55,635 nt of DNA from an uncultured Clostridia bacterium (GCA_947630445.1 CANRHQ010000005.1:1-55635), one strand, 5' to 3'. Counted from the first letter of the stretch, positions 26,723 through 36,352 are shown. Notes: generated by a model not told the origin, from the letters alone. Translations and numbers: made by a program.

Positions 26723-28213
26723 CTAATTTGATACTAATATATTATTATCATAAAATTTTGATGTTTTCATTAGTTCATTATTTACATATTCTAATCCATG
26801 TTTCTCCAGTAATGTTTGTTCATCTGAAAATAAATTTGTTCCAAGTGCTAGTTTGTTTCCTTTAATATTAACTCCTAATGCTGCTAGCGTTGTAGGATAT
26901 AAATCCATAGTTGAATATAATCTATTTTTAGTATTTGTAGCTTGTATTGCAGAATTTATTATTACATTTACTACTTTTTTGTTATAATCTTGTCCATCTT
27001 CTAAATCAAAAAAATGTGATTGCATTGTTAAATGATCTCCTACTATTACAATTGTAGTATCTTTGTAAAATTTTTGTTTCTTAATCCAATTTATAAATTC
27101 CCCTACTCTTTTACTTGAACAAGATATAACATTTTTGTATTGTTCATCCCATTTATTAGGGCAATCTTCACATAAATATCCATCTTGAAAATGTGTATCT
27201 GCTGTTAACATTGTAAAATTAAATGGTTCTTCTTGTTTTGATAAGTCTAACAATTTTTCTTTGGCATAATTAAATAATAATTCATCTGTATATCCCCACC
27301 ATATTTTTTCTGTTATTTTATGTTCATCCATTGCAGATTTAAAATCCCATATTTCATAATTACCATGTTGTTCAAATAGATTTTTTCTTCCTCCAAATGT
27401 TGCATCAGAGCCTAATAGCAAAAAATTGTGGTATCCTTCTTTTTCTAGTACTTCTCCTATACTATATGCTCCTCCTAAAAATGTACTATATTCTCCTAAA
27501 GCATTAACATCTATACTTAACTTTAATGGTACTCCTGCAGTTTGAGCAGACATTGCACCAACTGTCCATGTTGTTCCATATAGTGTGTAGGCTCCTCCTA
27601 ACTTTTCTGTATCTGAAAAACTTATATTTTGTTTTGCTAATTTTGATATTTCTGGTATTAAATCTGCTTCTGATAAACCTCCATCTTCTACTGAATAATA
27701 TGTTGCTTCCATTGATTCTAAAAAAATGTATATTAAATTTCTTTTTTTCTCTGGAAATTCTAACTCTACTTGCTCTGGTTTTACATATTCTTCTTCAATA
27801 AAATTTGATTTGTCTATTTGATTTGCTATATATTGTTTTATATCTGTTAATATCATTATTCTAGTTACACTAACTAATAATATTATAATTGATATTGTAA
27901 GGCTTAATATAGTCGTTTGTCGAGCTTCAGCTGTATGTACTTTATTTTTAAACATTTTTAGATTTTTTATCATTGGATATATTAATATAAATGATATTAT
28001 CGCTGTTGGTACTATTACTTTCAGTATGCATTGTTTTGCAAATGTTACTAATATGTCTGTATTAGTTCCCTCCATTGGCACTTTTAAATGAAATATTATT
28101 TCATCCATAGATAAATGTCCAAATGTTTCATAAAGCCATTCTATTGTTACTGTTGCACTAAATGCTATTAGAATAAATATTACGATTAAAGTACATATTA
28201 TACTTTTCTTCAT
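26723..28213 (-). CDS. LtaS-family (sulfatase-fold) membrane phosphotransferase
   Basis: 496 aa. N-terminal multi-TM region plus an extracellular alkaline-phosphatase-superfamily domain (NLIYIFLESME.., TIVIVGDH). Resembles LTA synthase / glycerol-phosphate transferases. Confidence 0.75.
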   Translation of the reverse strand: MKKSIICTLIVIFILIAFSATVTIEWLYETFGHLSMDEIIFHLKVPMEGTNTDILVTFAKQCILKVIVPTAIISFILIYPMIKNLKMFKNKVHTAEARQTTILSLTISIIILLVSVTRIMILTDIKQYIANQIDKSNFIEEEYVKPEQVELEFPEKKRNLIYIFLESMEATYYSVEDGGLSEADLIPEISKLAKQNISFSDTEKLGGAYTLYGTTWTVGAMSAQTAGVPLKLSIDVNALGEYSTFLGGAYSIGEVLEKEGYHNFLLLGSDATFGGRKNLFEQHGNYEIWDFKSAMDEHKITEKIWWGYTDELLFNYAKEKLLDLSKQEEPFNFTMLTADTHFQDGYLCEDCPNKWDEQYKNVISCSSKRVGEFINWIKKQKFYKDTTIVIVGDHLTMQSHFFDLEDGQDYNKKVVNVIINSAIQATNTKNRLYSTMDLYPTTLAALGVNIKGNKLALGTNLFSDEQTLLEKHGLEYVNNELMKTSKFYDNNILVSN

Positions 28214-28216
28214 TTT

Positions 28217-29230
28217 TTACTCCTTATTTTGCTTTTTTTGTATATATGCCCATGAATCTTTACACATATCTTTTAAAGTTTTTTCTGCTTTCCATCCTAG
28301 TTCTCTCTTTGCTTTTTCTGGATTTGAATAACATGTTGCTATGTCTCCTGGTCTACGAGCAACTATTTTATATTTTACCTTTTTTCCTGTTGATTCTTCA
28401 AATGCCTTTACCATATCTAATACACTATAACCTACACCTGTTCCTAAATTATATATATATATTCCTTTTCCTTCTTTTTCTAATTTCTCTAATGCTTTTA
28501 AATGTCCTTTTGCTAAATCTACTACATGTATATAATCTCTTACTCCAGTTCCATCTGGTGTATTGTAGTCATTTCCAAATACTGATAATTGCTCTAATTC
28601 TCCTGATGCAACTCTTACTATATATGGCATTAAATTGTTTGGTATTCCTCTAGGTTCTTCTCCAATTAAACCACTTTCATGTGCTCCCACTGGATTAAAG
28701 TACCTTAATATAGCTATATCCCAAGTATTATCTGATTTATATAAATCTTGTAATATTTGTTCTATAAATAATTTTGTTGTACCATATGGGTTTGTAGTTC
28801 CACCAATTTTACATTCTTCTGTTAATGGTATTTTTTCTGGATCTCCATATACAGTTGCAGATGAACTAAATATAAATTTTTTTACATTATATTTTTTCAT
28901 TGTTTCTAATAATACTACTGCTCCTGATATATTGTTTTCATAGTATTCTAATGGTTTTTGCACAGATTCTCCTACTGCCTTGAATCCTGCAAAATTTAAT
29001 ACTGCTTCTATTTTATTTTCCTGAAATACTTTTTCTAAATTTTCTCTATCTAAATAATCTATTTCATAAAATTTGAATTTCTTTCCTGTTATTTTTTCTA
29101 TTGCTTCTAAAACCTCTTTTTTACTATTAGAAAAGTTATCTATTATTACAACTTCTCTTCCTGCATTTAAAAGTTCTACTACTGTATGGCTTCCTATATA
29201 ACCTGCTCCACCTGTTACTAAAATTGCCAT
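28217..29230 (-). CDS. galE: UDP-glucose 4-epimerase GalE
   Basis: 337 aa. [13 protein letters not shown] Rossmann motif, SSSATVYG, catalytic YGTTK. Confidence 0.9.
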   Translation of the reverse strand: MAILVTGGAGYIGSHTVVELLNAGREVVIIDNFSNSKKEVLEAIEKITGKKFKFYEIDYLDRENLEKVFQENKIEAVLNFAGFKAVGESVQKPLEYYENNISGAVVLLETMKKYNVKKFIFSSSATVYGDPEKIPLTEECKIGGTTNPYGTTKLFIEQILQDLYKSDNTWDIAILRYFNPVGAHESGLIGEEPRGIPNNLMPYIVRVASGELEQLSVFGNDYNTPDGTGVRDYIHVVDLAKGHLKALEKLEKEGKGIYIYNLGTGVGYSVLDMVKAFEESTGKKVKYKIVARRPGDIATCYSNPEKAKRELGWKAEKTLKDMCKDSWAYIQKKQNKE

Positions 29231-29302
29231 TTTATACCTCCAATCTTATGCCCTAGTATATCATTAAATAATAATTATTTCAATAGTTTTAGGGAAATAA
29301 AC

Positions 29303-29341
29303 AAACCTAATTATTAAACTTTTAATTTAATAATTAGGTTT
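29303..29341 (-). terminator. Rho-independent terminator after 29346-29906
   Basis: 16-bp perfect stem: aaacctaattattaaa (29303-29318) pairs with tttaataattaggttt (29326-29341). On the minus strand it is followed by GTTTATTT. Confidence 0.75.
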
Positions 29342-29345
29342 TATT

Positions 29346-29906
29346 TTATTGTGCAAAAGATGTTAATTCTTCTAAAATTTCTTGTAATTTTAATTTGTTT
29401 TCTTTATTTGTCGTTAAAAATATTATTATATCATTTTCACTTTCTACTATCTTACTTGCTTGATATGGATCAATTTGTTCAAATGAATTATCTAAAATTT
29501 CTCCAGTTACAACATCTGCTTCATAGTAAGTTCCAGAAATAGAAACTATATATTTTTTGTCTCCCTCTATCATTTGTATTAATGCTCTATCTTGATCATT
29601 AGATTCTTTTAAATCCTTAACTTTTAAATATCCACTTTCGGTTATTTCATATTCATTATTTGTATTTGTTTTTAATAAATCTAAAAATTGCGTTCTACTT
29701 TCTGCATCAATCCATATTCCATTATTTTTAGGATAATAATCTTTAAAAATATTATCTATTTCTTCTAATAATGGTGTTTCTTTTTTTTGTATTCCTGCAA
29801 ATGCAATTTTATATTGTATTTCTGGTTTTATATTTAACACTTTTCTACCATCAGATTCTACTTGAATCTCATATAATTCACTTCCGTGCTTTTTGTCCTG
29901 TTTCAT
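29346..29906 (-). CDS. Hypothetical protein (186 aa); possibly the frameshifted C-terminal part of a membrane-anchored protein
   Basis: Long ORF with no signal sequence and only a weak RBS (GAAGA). Its first 29 nt overlap the ORF 29878-30057, which is in another frame. Confidence 0.6.
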   Translation of the reverse strand: MKQDKKHGSELYEIQVESDGRKVLNIKPEIQYKIAFAGIQKKETPLLEEIDNIFKDYYPKNNGIWIDAESRTQFLDLLKTNTNNEYEITESGYLKVKDLKESNDQDRALIQMIEGDKKYIVSISGTYYEADVVTGEILDNSFEQIDPYQASKIVESENDIIIFLTTNKENKLKLQEILEELTSFAQ

Positions 29907-30057
29907 TTTTAATGTCTTCTATTTGTGAATTTTTTGAATCATTTTGTGCATCTTGTGTTTTAGGTTCTGTGGATAAATTTCTCATATAAAAATATATACT
30001 TACTAAAATAATAATTAATACTAATATCAATATGAAAATTATATTTCTTAATTTCAT
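29878..30057 (-). CDS. 59-aa signal-anchor ORF; possibly the N-terminal part of the 29346-29906 product
   Basis: ATG = rc 30055-30057 with AGGAG (rc 30064-30068, 6-nt spacer). Encodes MKLRNIIFILILVLIIILVSIYFYMRNLSTEPKTQDAQNDSKNSQIEDIKNETGQKARK. Ends at TGA 29878-29880, inside the next ORF. Confidence 0.45.
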   Translation of the reverse strand: MKLRNIIFILILVLIIILVSIYFYMRNLSTEPKTQDAQNDSKNSQIEDIKNETGQKARK

Positions 30058-30069
30058 TACTTACTCCTA

Positions 30070-32688
30070 TTAAATTAATCCATGTAACATTGATAGCGTT
30101 GCCCATATATATTTATCTGGTAATTTCTGTCTGTCAACATCACTTTGACTATATACTGCTCTTGGTAATTCTATTAAAGCTGTTCTTGCAGCTCTACCAT
30201 TACTTGCTAATGCAGTTCTTGCCCAAGATATTAAATATCCATCACCATATCTGTCTAATTGACTTCCGTTACTATTTGGAAATTGAACAGCGTAATACAT
30301 TCCAATTGCTCTATCTCCAATTAATTGTTGATACCATCCATGTAAATCAACTAAAACCGTCTGTCCTTTTTGAGATTTATGTGATATTAAAAAATCTCTT
30401 AATGCTTGTGCTTCATATGCTTGAAATGGTGCTGTTCCTGCATAATTTCTACTTTTTTCATTTGCATTAAATCCTGATGATTTCCAAGCTCTATTCATGT
30501 CAATTCCTTTATGTCCTGGTGCTGCACTATATAATGTAGTTCTTCCTGGTCCATTGTTATCAGTTCCATAATATACACCATCTGGATTTAATGTAGGTAA
30601 TATGTATATTGTCCATTTATCTGCTAATTCATAATCATAAGAATGGTTGTTTTTCAATTCTTCATAAAATTTATTTGCGATTTTTACTAATGCTTCTCCG
30701 TCATGTGCCCAATTATCTTCAAATCCATGTATAGCAAATGTTGCGAAAAATACATTAGGTCCATCTCCATATCTATAATATTTTAAATTTGAACCTCTTG
30801 GATCTCCTTTAATTGCTAAACCACTTACTCCATATATTCCCTCTTCAAATGTAATACCTCTATTTAAGAAAATATATATTACTTCTTCTCCAACAATTGA
30901 ACCTTGTTCATTTTCTATTCTAATTGCTATTTGATGTAATCCTAAACTAAATTGTGAAAAATCTACACTTATATCAAATCCAGGTAGTGGGTTTGTTTGC
31001 GTGTTTCCACAATCTTGTATTGCATTTAAAACATCTTGTCTTGCAGATCTTGTAGCAGTCTCATTTCTATAATATCCATCTATTAATAATTTTACTGTAG
31101 TATTTGGAACTGTAGTCATCATCCATCCACTAATACTCTGTCTTTTATTAAATATCGTATTTCTGTCAAATGGATATTCTATATGTATTCTTGTTCTGTT
31201 TTCTGGAATAGTTGCTGTTACCTCTTCTAAAACATTTCCATTTTCTTCTATCATTTGTAGTTTTAATTTATTATTCCCACTTTGAAATTCTGTAACTGGT
31301 ATTATTAAAGTAAAGTTTGGTGTTGGATTTTCTTCATATGTTCCATATCCTTTTACTATTGAAATTAAATCATATGCATAATATGTATATATTTGTGCAT
31401 TTTCAACTTTTTTATTGTTTAAATATGCAACTATAGTTGTATTAGGTTCTGTTGCTAGTTTCCAACCAGTTATTTCTATTCCTTTTTGTCCCCATGTTAA
31501 GTTATTCAAATTAGTATCTAAATTTAATATATGTTTTATACTTTTATCTATTTTTATTTCTTTTTCAAATGTATCTAATACTTTATTATCTGCTGTTACA
31601 AATTGTATCGTTAATTTATACTTTCCAGTTTGTAAAGTATCTGTTGGTATTTCTATTGTAAAATTTGGAGTTGGATTTTCTTCATATGTTCCATACCCTT
31701 TTACTATTGAGATTAAATCATAAGCATAATATGTGTATATTTGTGTATTTTCAATTTCCTTGCCATTTATTTTTGCAACTAATTTTGTATTAGGTTCTGT
31801 TGCTAATTTCCAACCAGTTACTTTTATTCCATATTTATCAAAAGTTACTCCATCTAATCTTGTATCTATATTCAAAATGTGTTTTATTGTTTTGTCTATA
31901 TTAATTTGTTTTTCTACTTTTTCTAGTAGAATATTATCAGATGTTAAAAATTGAATTTCTACCTTATGTTTTCCTTGACTTATCGTGTCTGTTGGTATCT
32001 TTATTGTAAAATTTGGTGTTGGATTTTCTGCATATGTTCCATATCCTTTTACTATTGAAATTAAATCATATGCATAATATGTGTATATTTGTGTATTTTC
32101 AATTTCTTTTCCATCTATTTTAGCAACTAATTTTGTATTAGCTTCTGTTGCTAGTTTCCAACCAGTTATTTCTATTCCTGTTTTATTAAATGTTGCTCCT
32201 TCTAATATAGTATCTATATTTAATACATGTTTTATGTCTCTAGTAATTAATATTTGCTTTTCTATCATTTGTATAACTTTAGATCCGTCTGATGTTATAC
32301 ATTCAATTCTTAATCTATGGTTTCCTACACTTAATTCTTCTTTTGGAATGTCTATATCAAAGTTTGGTAATGGATTTTCTGCATATGTTCCATATCCTTT
32401 TATTATTGAGATTAAATCGTATTTTCTTGAATATTTTATATATTTACTATCCATTTTCTTGCCATCAATAGATACTACAATTTGCGTATCTTTTTCTGTT
32501 GCAAGTTTCCATCCTTCTATATGTAATCCTTTATCTATAATTACATCTTTATTTAAGTCTGTGTCAATACACCATATTGATATAATTTTATTTTCTGCAT
32601 TTTTTTCATTTACTGCCATAACTATCTGATTTGTTAAAAGTATTGTTACAAATAATATTACTGCTATTATACTGATTATTTTTTTCAT
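30070..32688 (-). CDS. Secreted cell-wall peptidase: five ~115-aa repeats plus a C-terminal M14-like zinc carboxypeptidase domain
   Basis: 872 aa. Signal peptide MKKIISIIAVILFVTILLTNQIVMA. C-terminal domain has IHGFED (HxxE), TLNPDG, DMNRAW and VDLHGW, the M14 zinc-ligand/motif order. Confidence 0.85.
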   Translation of the reverse strand: MKKIISIIAVILFVTILLTNQIVMAVNEKNAENKIISIWCIDTDLNKDVIIDKGLHIEGWKLATEKDTQIVVSIDGKKMDSKYIKYSRKYDLISIIKGYGTYAENPLPNFDIDIPKEELSVGNHRLRIECITSDGSKVIQMIEKQILITRDIKHVLNIDTILEGATFNKTGIEITGWKLATEANTKLVAKIDGKEIENTQIYTYYAYDLISIVKGYGTYAENPTPNFTIKIPTDTISQGKHKVEIQFLTSDNILLEKVEKQINIDKTIKHILNIDTRLDGVTFDKYGIKVTGWKLATEPNTKLVAKINGKEIENTQIYTYYAYDLISIVKGYGTYEENPTPNFTIEIPTDTLQTGKYKLTIQFVTADNKVLDTFEKEIKIDKSIKHILNLDTNLNNLTWGQKGIEITGWKLATEPNTTIVAYLNNKKVENAQIYTYYAYDLISIVKGYGTYEENPTPNFTLIIPVTEFQSGNNKLKLQMIEENGNVLEEVTATIPENRTRIHIEYPFDRNTIFNKRQSISGWMMTTVPNTTVKLLIDGYYRNETATRSARQDVLNAIQDCGNTQTNPLPGFDISVDFSQFSLGLHQIAIRIENEQGSIVGEEVIYIFLNRGITFEEGIYGVSGLAIKGDPRGSNLKYYRYGDGPNVFFATFAIHGFEDNWAHDGEALVKIANKFYEELKNNHSYDYELADKWTIYILPTLNPDGVYYGTDNNGPGRTTLYSAAPGHKGIDMNRAWKSSGFNANEKSRNYAGTAPFQAYEAQALRDFLISHKSQKGQTVLVDLHGWYQQLIGDRAIGMYYAVQFPNSNGSQLDRYGDGYLISWARTALASNGRAARTALIELPRAVYSQSDVDRQKLPDKYIWATLSMLHGLI
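30856..32583 (-). repeat. Tandem coding repeats (period about 348 bp; 4 similar copies plus 1 divergent)
   Basis: Repeat core ..GWKLATEPNTKLVAKIDGKEIENTQIYTYYAYDLISIVKGYGTYAENPTPNFTI.IP... Track antisense ORFs starting MYICVFSIS recur at 31733 and 32081, giving a 348-bp spacing. Confidence 0.9.
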
Positions 32689-32752
32689 TTTTTAAATCTC
32701 CTCTTTACATTTGATAATTACAACTCAAAAAATGTTGCATTTTATAAAATTT

Positions 32753-35203
32753 TTAATATTTTTTATAACAAGAATTCAAATCTGTTTCAGTGTTTATTCC
32801 CCATACTGTTCCTTTGTCTGAATATTGCCACATTTGATATTCTCCAGCAAAATTTGATCTTACTGTTTCATCATATGTAAAATGTGCAAGCCAAATATCA
32901 TATATAGATAATTCTGAAAAATTTAAGTAATTATTAAAATAATTATAATTTGCATAAATCATAGGTGTATATCCATAATATCTTATTACATCACAAAATC
33001 CTCTACATATTAAAGTTCTTGTCTCTTTACTTAATAAATCTGCCCTTCCTGGAAGTTCTCCTTTTGATCTTGCTCCTGAATCTTCTACATCTATTGAAAT
33101 AGGAAAATCTATTTGTAATTTATTTTGATGTATTTGACTAATAACCCATAATGCTTCTTCTTGTGCTTCTTCTAGATTAACTGCTTGTGTTACAAAATAA
33201 ATTCCAACTTTTAATCCTGCTGATTTAGCTTCTTTTATATTATACAATGCTTTTGAATCTAAAGTACATATTGGATTTCTATATCCTCTATATCCTAATC
33301 TAATTATTGCAAAATCAACACCTGATGTTGCAACTTGTTTCCAATTTATATTTCCATTATGTTGACTAACATCTATTCCATTATACTTATCACCATATAT
33401 AGCAGTAAATTCTACATTTTTTAAAACTGTTTTTCCATCTGGTGCTAAAAATTGAATCTTTACTTTATGATTTTGCCAACTTAACTTTTCTGTTGGAATA
33501 TTTATATCAAAATTTGGTAATGGATTTTCTTCATATGTTCCATATCCTTTTACTATTGAAATCAAATCATATTTTCTTGAATATGTAATACAGTCTTCAT
33601 CTATTTTTTGTCCATCTACTAATACTGCTAATTTTGTTCCTTCTTCTGTTGCCAATTTCCATCCTGATATATGTATTTTTCTATTTTCATTAAATATTAC
33701 TGCATCTAAATTTGTATCTATTGTTAATATTGATTTTATTGATTTATCTATAATAATAGTATTAGTAACACTTTCTAATATTGTTCCATCTTGTAATACA
33801 AATTGTATTCTTAAACTATGTTTTCCATTACTTATTTCTTTTGTTGGAATATAAATATCATAATTTGGTTTTGGATTTTCTGCATATGTTCCATATCCTT
33901 TTATTATTGAAATTAAATCATATTTATAAGAATATATAATATTGTTTTCTACTTCTTGTCCATCTATTAATACTATTAGTTTTGTGTTTGGTTCTGTTGC
34001 AAGTTTCCATCCTTCTATATGTATTCCATATTTATCAAATTTTACATTATTTAGTATTGTATCAACTTGTAATAAATGTTTTACTTTTTCTACTGTTATT
34101 GTATTTTCAATACTTTCTAGTATCGTTCCGTCTTGTAATACAAATTGTATTTTTATGTTGTGCTTTCCATCACTTATATTAGTTGTTGGAATATCAACAT
34201 CATAATTTGGTAATGGGTTTTCTGTATATGTTCCATATCCTTTTATTATTGAGATTAAGTCATATTTTCTTGAATATTTTATATAATTATCATCTACTTT
34301 TTGTCCATCTATTAATACTTCTAATTTGGTATTTGGCTCTGTTGATAATTTCCATCCTTCTATATGTATTCCACTTTTTCCAAATACTATGCCACTTAAA
34401 TTTGTATCTAATTGTAATGCATGTCTTACTTTCTCTACTATTATTGTATTTTCAATACTTTCTAGTATTGTCCCGTCTTGTAGTACAAATTGTATTTTTA
34501 AATTATGTTTTCCATCACTTATATTAGTTGTTGGAATATCAACATCATAATTTGGTAATGGGTTTTCTGCATATGTTCCATATCCTTTTATTATTGAGAT
34601 TAAATCATATTTTATTGAATATTTTATATAATTATCATCTACTTTTTGTCCATCTATTAATACTTCTAATTTGGTATTTGGCTCTGTTGCTAATTTCCAT
34701 CCTTCTATATGTATTCCACTTTTTCCAAATACTGTGCTACTTAAATTTGTATCTAATTGTAATGCATGTCTTACTTTTTCTACTGTTATTATTGTTTCTA
34801 CATTTTTTAATACTGTTCCATTCTGTGATATAAATTGTATTTTTAAGTTATGTTTTCCATCACTTATATTAGTTGTTGGAATGTCAACATCATAATTTGG
34901 TAATGGATTTTCTGCATATGTTCCATATCCTTTTATTATTGAGATTAAATCATATTTTCTCGAATATTTTATATAATTATCATCTACTTTTTGTCCATCT
35001 ATTAATACTACTAATTTAGTATTTGGCTCTGTTGCTAATTTCCATCCTTCTATATGTATTCCGCTTTTATCAAATACTGCATTTTCTAAATTTGTATCTA
35101 TTTGTAATGCTGATTGTATATTTGTATTAGCATAAGCTATAGAAAATATACTTACACCAAATAATAATATAATTAAAATTATTAATAATTTAAGTCTTTT
35201 CAA
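32753..35203 (-). CDS. Secreted cell-wall muramidase: five ~115-aa repeats plus a C-terminal GH25 lysozyme domain
   Basis: Preferred TTG start at 35203 (AAGGAGA = rc 35214-35220) gives signal peptide MKRLKLLIILIILLFGVSIFSIAYA; the track start is 35224. GH25 motifs: YNGIDVSQHNGNINW, FAIIRLGYRG, ISIDVED, YQMWQYSDKG. Confidence 0.85.
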   Translation of the reverse strand: MKRLKLLIILIILLFGVSIFSIAYANTNIQSALQIDTNLENAVFDKSGIHIEGWKLATEPNTKLVVLIDGQKVDDNYIKYSRKYDLISIIKGYGTYAENPLPNYDVDIPTTNISDGKHNLKIQFISQNGTVLKNVETIITVEKVRHALQLDTNLSSTVFGKSGIHIEGWKLATEPNTKLEVLIDGQKVDDNYIKYSIKYDLISIIKGYGTYAENPLPNYDVDIPTTNISDGKHNLKIQFVLQDGTILESIENTIIVEKVRHALQLDTNLSGIVFGKSGIHIEGWKLSTEPNTKLEVLIDGQKVDDNYIKYSRKYDLISIIKGYGTYTENPLPNYDVDIPTTNISDGKHNIKIQFVLQDGTILESIENTITVEKVKHLLQVDTILNNVKFDKYGIHIEGWKLATEPNTKLIVLIDGQEVENNIIYSYKYDLISIIKGYGTYAENPKPNYDIYIPTKEISNGKHSLRIQFVLQDGTILESVTNTIIIDKSIKSILTIDTNLDAVIFNENRKIHISGWKLATEEGTKLAVLVDGQKIDEDCITYSRKYDLISIVKGYGTYEENPLPNFDINIPTEKLSWQNHKVKIQFLAPDGKTVLKNVEFTAIYGDKYNGIDVSQHNGNINWKQVATSGVDFAIIRLGYRGYRNPICTLDSKALYNIKEAKSAGLKVGIYFVTQAVNLEEAQEEALWVISQIHQNKLQIDFPISIDVEDSGARSKGELPGRADLLSKETRTLICRGFCDVIRYYGYTPMIYANYNYFNNYLNFSELSIYDIWLAHFTYDETVRSNFAGEYQMWQYSDKGTVWGINTETDLNSCYKKY
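33392..35110 (-). repeat. Tandem coding repeats (period 345 bp, 5 copies; the first three are near-identical)
   Basis: Repeat core ..GIHIEGWKLATEPNTKLEVLIDGQKVDDNYIKYSRKYDLISIIKGYGTYAENPLPNYDVDIPTTNISDGKHNLKIQF... Track antisense ORFs starting MLEYQHHNLVMGFL recur at 34183 and 34528, giving a 345-bp spacing. Confidence 0.9.
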
Positions 35204-35301
35204 TTTACCAAAATCTCCTTCCAATAATATAATTACCTATATAAATTTTAAATTATATTATATATAAAATCAATAGCAATAATTGGTTACACTTACTTAA
35301 T

Positions 35302-35649
35302 CTATTTTTTCGCATTTTTTTCTTCGTTTCTTTCTAAAGCAATGTTATGATTTAAATCTTTTATTTTTTCATTTAATATTGTTATATGTATATTATCTAT
35401 GAATGTTTGTACTAATAAAAATGCAATCATTATTAAAAATACAAAATTTACTGGTGAAATAAATCCTAATAAATGTGATAACCATTCTACAACATTTGAA
35501 AATATACTCATAAATATTAAAAGTACACTTCCTAGCATCCATATAACAGAATTTTCCACTTTTAACTTTGATTGTTTTATTTTTGTTACACACAATAAAA
35601 ATGATACAAAAGATCCAACTATTAATATTACTCTTAATGTTACAGACAT
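35302..35649 (-). CDS. DUF2304-type small membrane protein (partner of the adjacent GT2)
   Basis: 115 aa, 3-4 TM, then a short coiled tail (LNEKIKDLNHNIALERNE). Lies immediately downstream of a DPM1-like GT2, the usual DUF2304 context. Confidence 0.7.
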   Translation of the reverse strand: MSVTLRVILIVGSFVSFLLCVTKIKQSKLKVENSVIWMLGSVLLIFMSIFSNVVEWLSHLLGFISPVNFVFLIMIAFLLVQTFIDNIHITILNEKIKDLNHNIALERNEEKNAKK

Positions 35650-35662
35650 TTTTCCACCTCTT

Positions 35663-36352
35663 TTACTTATTTTTTCTTGTTATTGATCTAATAAATATAA
35701 TTGACGAAACCATATTAATCATGTATTTCATTGATTTAATTGGTGTTAAATAACTTTCGCCAAATTCTCTATCTTTCATTTCTACTTGAACTTCTTTAAT
35801 TTTTAATCCTTTTTTCAACATATATACTAAAGTATCAGGTTCTGGTGTCAAACTTGTATTTCTTATAAATTCCTCAATTGCCTTTTTATCATATGCTCTC
35901 ATACCTGATGTTGTATCTTTTATGGTTTGTCCTGTAGTAAGTTTTATAAAAAATGTTATTATCCTACTTCCTAACATTCTAGTTGTAAATGGTCTTTTTT
36001 CTGTTACAAACCTAGAACCAATTGCAATATCTATTCCATTGTTTTCAATTTCATTTACAAGATCTTTTAAATATTTAGCTTGATGTTGTCCATCTCCATC
36101 AAATTGAATAGCAATATCATAATTATTTTTATATGCATATTTCATTCCTAGTTGTATTCCACTTGTTAATCCAAAATTTATTGGTAATGATAACATGTTA
36201 TAATTATTTTTCTCGCAGATTTCCTTTGTATTATCTTTTGAACAATCATTTATTACTATATAATCATAATTTGTATTATCTGTTACATCTTTTACTGTTT
36301 TTTCTATATTTAATGCTTCATTATATGCAGGTATAATTATTAAAACTTTCAT
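35663..36352 (-). CDS. GT2 polyprenyl-phosphate glycosyltransferase (DPM1/GacI/PpgS-like, soluble type)
   Basis: 229 aa. KVLIIIPAYNEALNI, INDCSKDNT and QFDGDGQH motifs. Confidence 0.85.
   Translation of the reverse strand: MKVLIIIPAYNEALNIEKTVKDVTDNTNYDYIVINDCSKDNTKEICEKNNYNMLSLPINFGLTSGIQLGMKYAYKNNYDIAIQFDGDGQHQAKYLKDLVNEIENNGIDIAIGSRFVTEKRPFTTRMLGSRIITFFIKLTTGQTIKDTTSGMRAYDKKAIEEFIRNTSLTPEPDTLVYMLKKGLKIKEVQVEMKDREFGESYLTPIKSMKYMINMVSSIIFIRSITRKNK

Noticed and set aside
30856-35110. Regular 345/348-bp periodic repeats, considered as a CRISPR array or satellite.
   Set aside because: The period is far too long. The repeats are contiguous with no spacers and lie in frame within two long ORFs with signal peptides and catalytic domains, so they are protein-domain repeats.
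35224-35260. 11-bp AT-only inverted repeat (ataatataatt / aattatattat) upstream of the GH25 gene, considered as another inverton arm.
   Set aside because: It is short, of pure A/T composition, and has a 15-nt loop with no enclosed promoter. Such repeats are expected by chance in this genome.
35393-35686. Track ORFs 35393-35593(-) and 35399-35686(+) overlapping the DUF2304-type gene.
   Set aside because: They are alternative-frame or antisense artefacts. The 35302-35649 frame gives a coherent multi-TM protein in the expected GT2-adjacent context.
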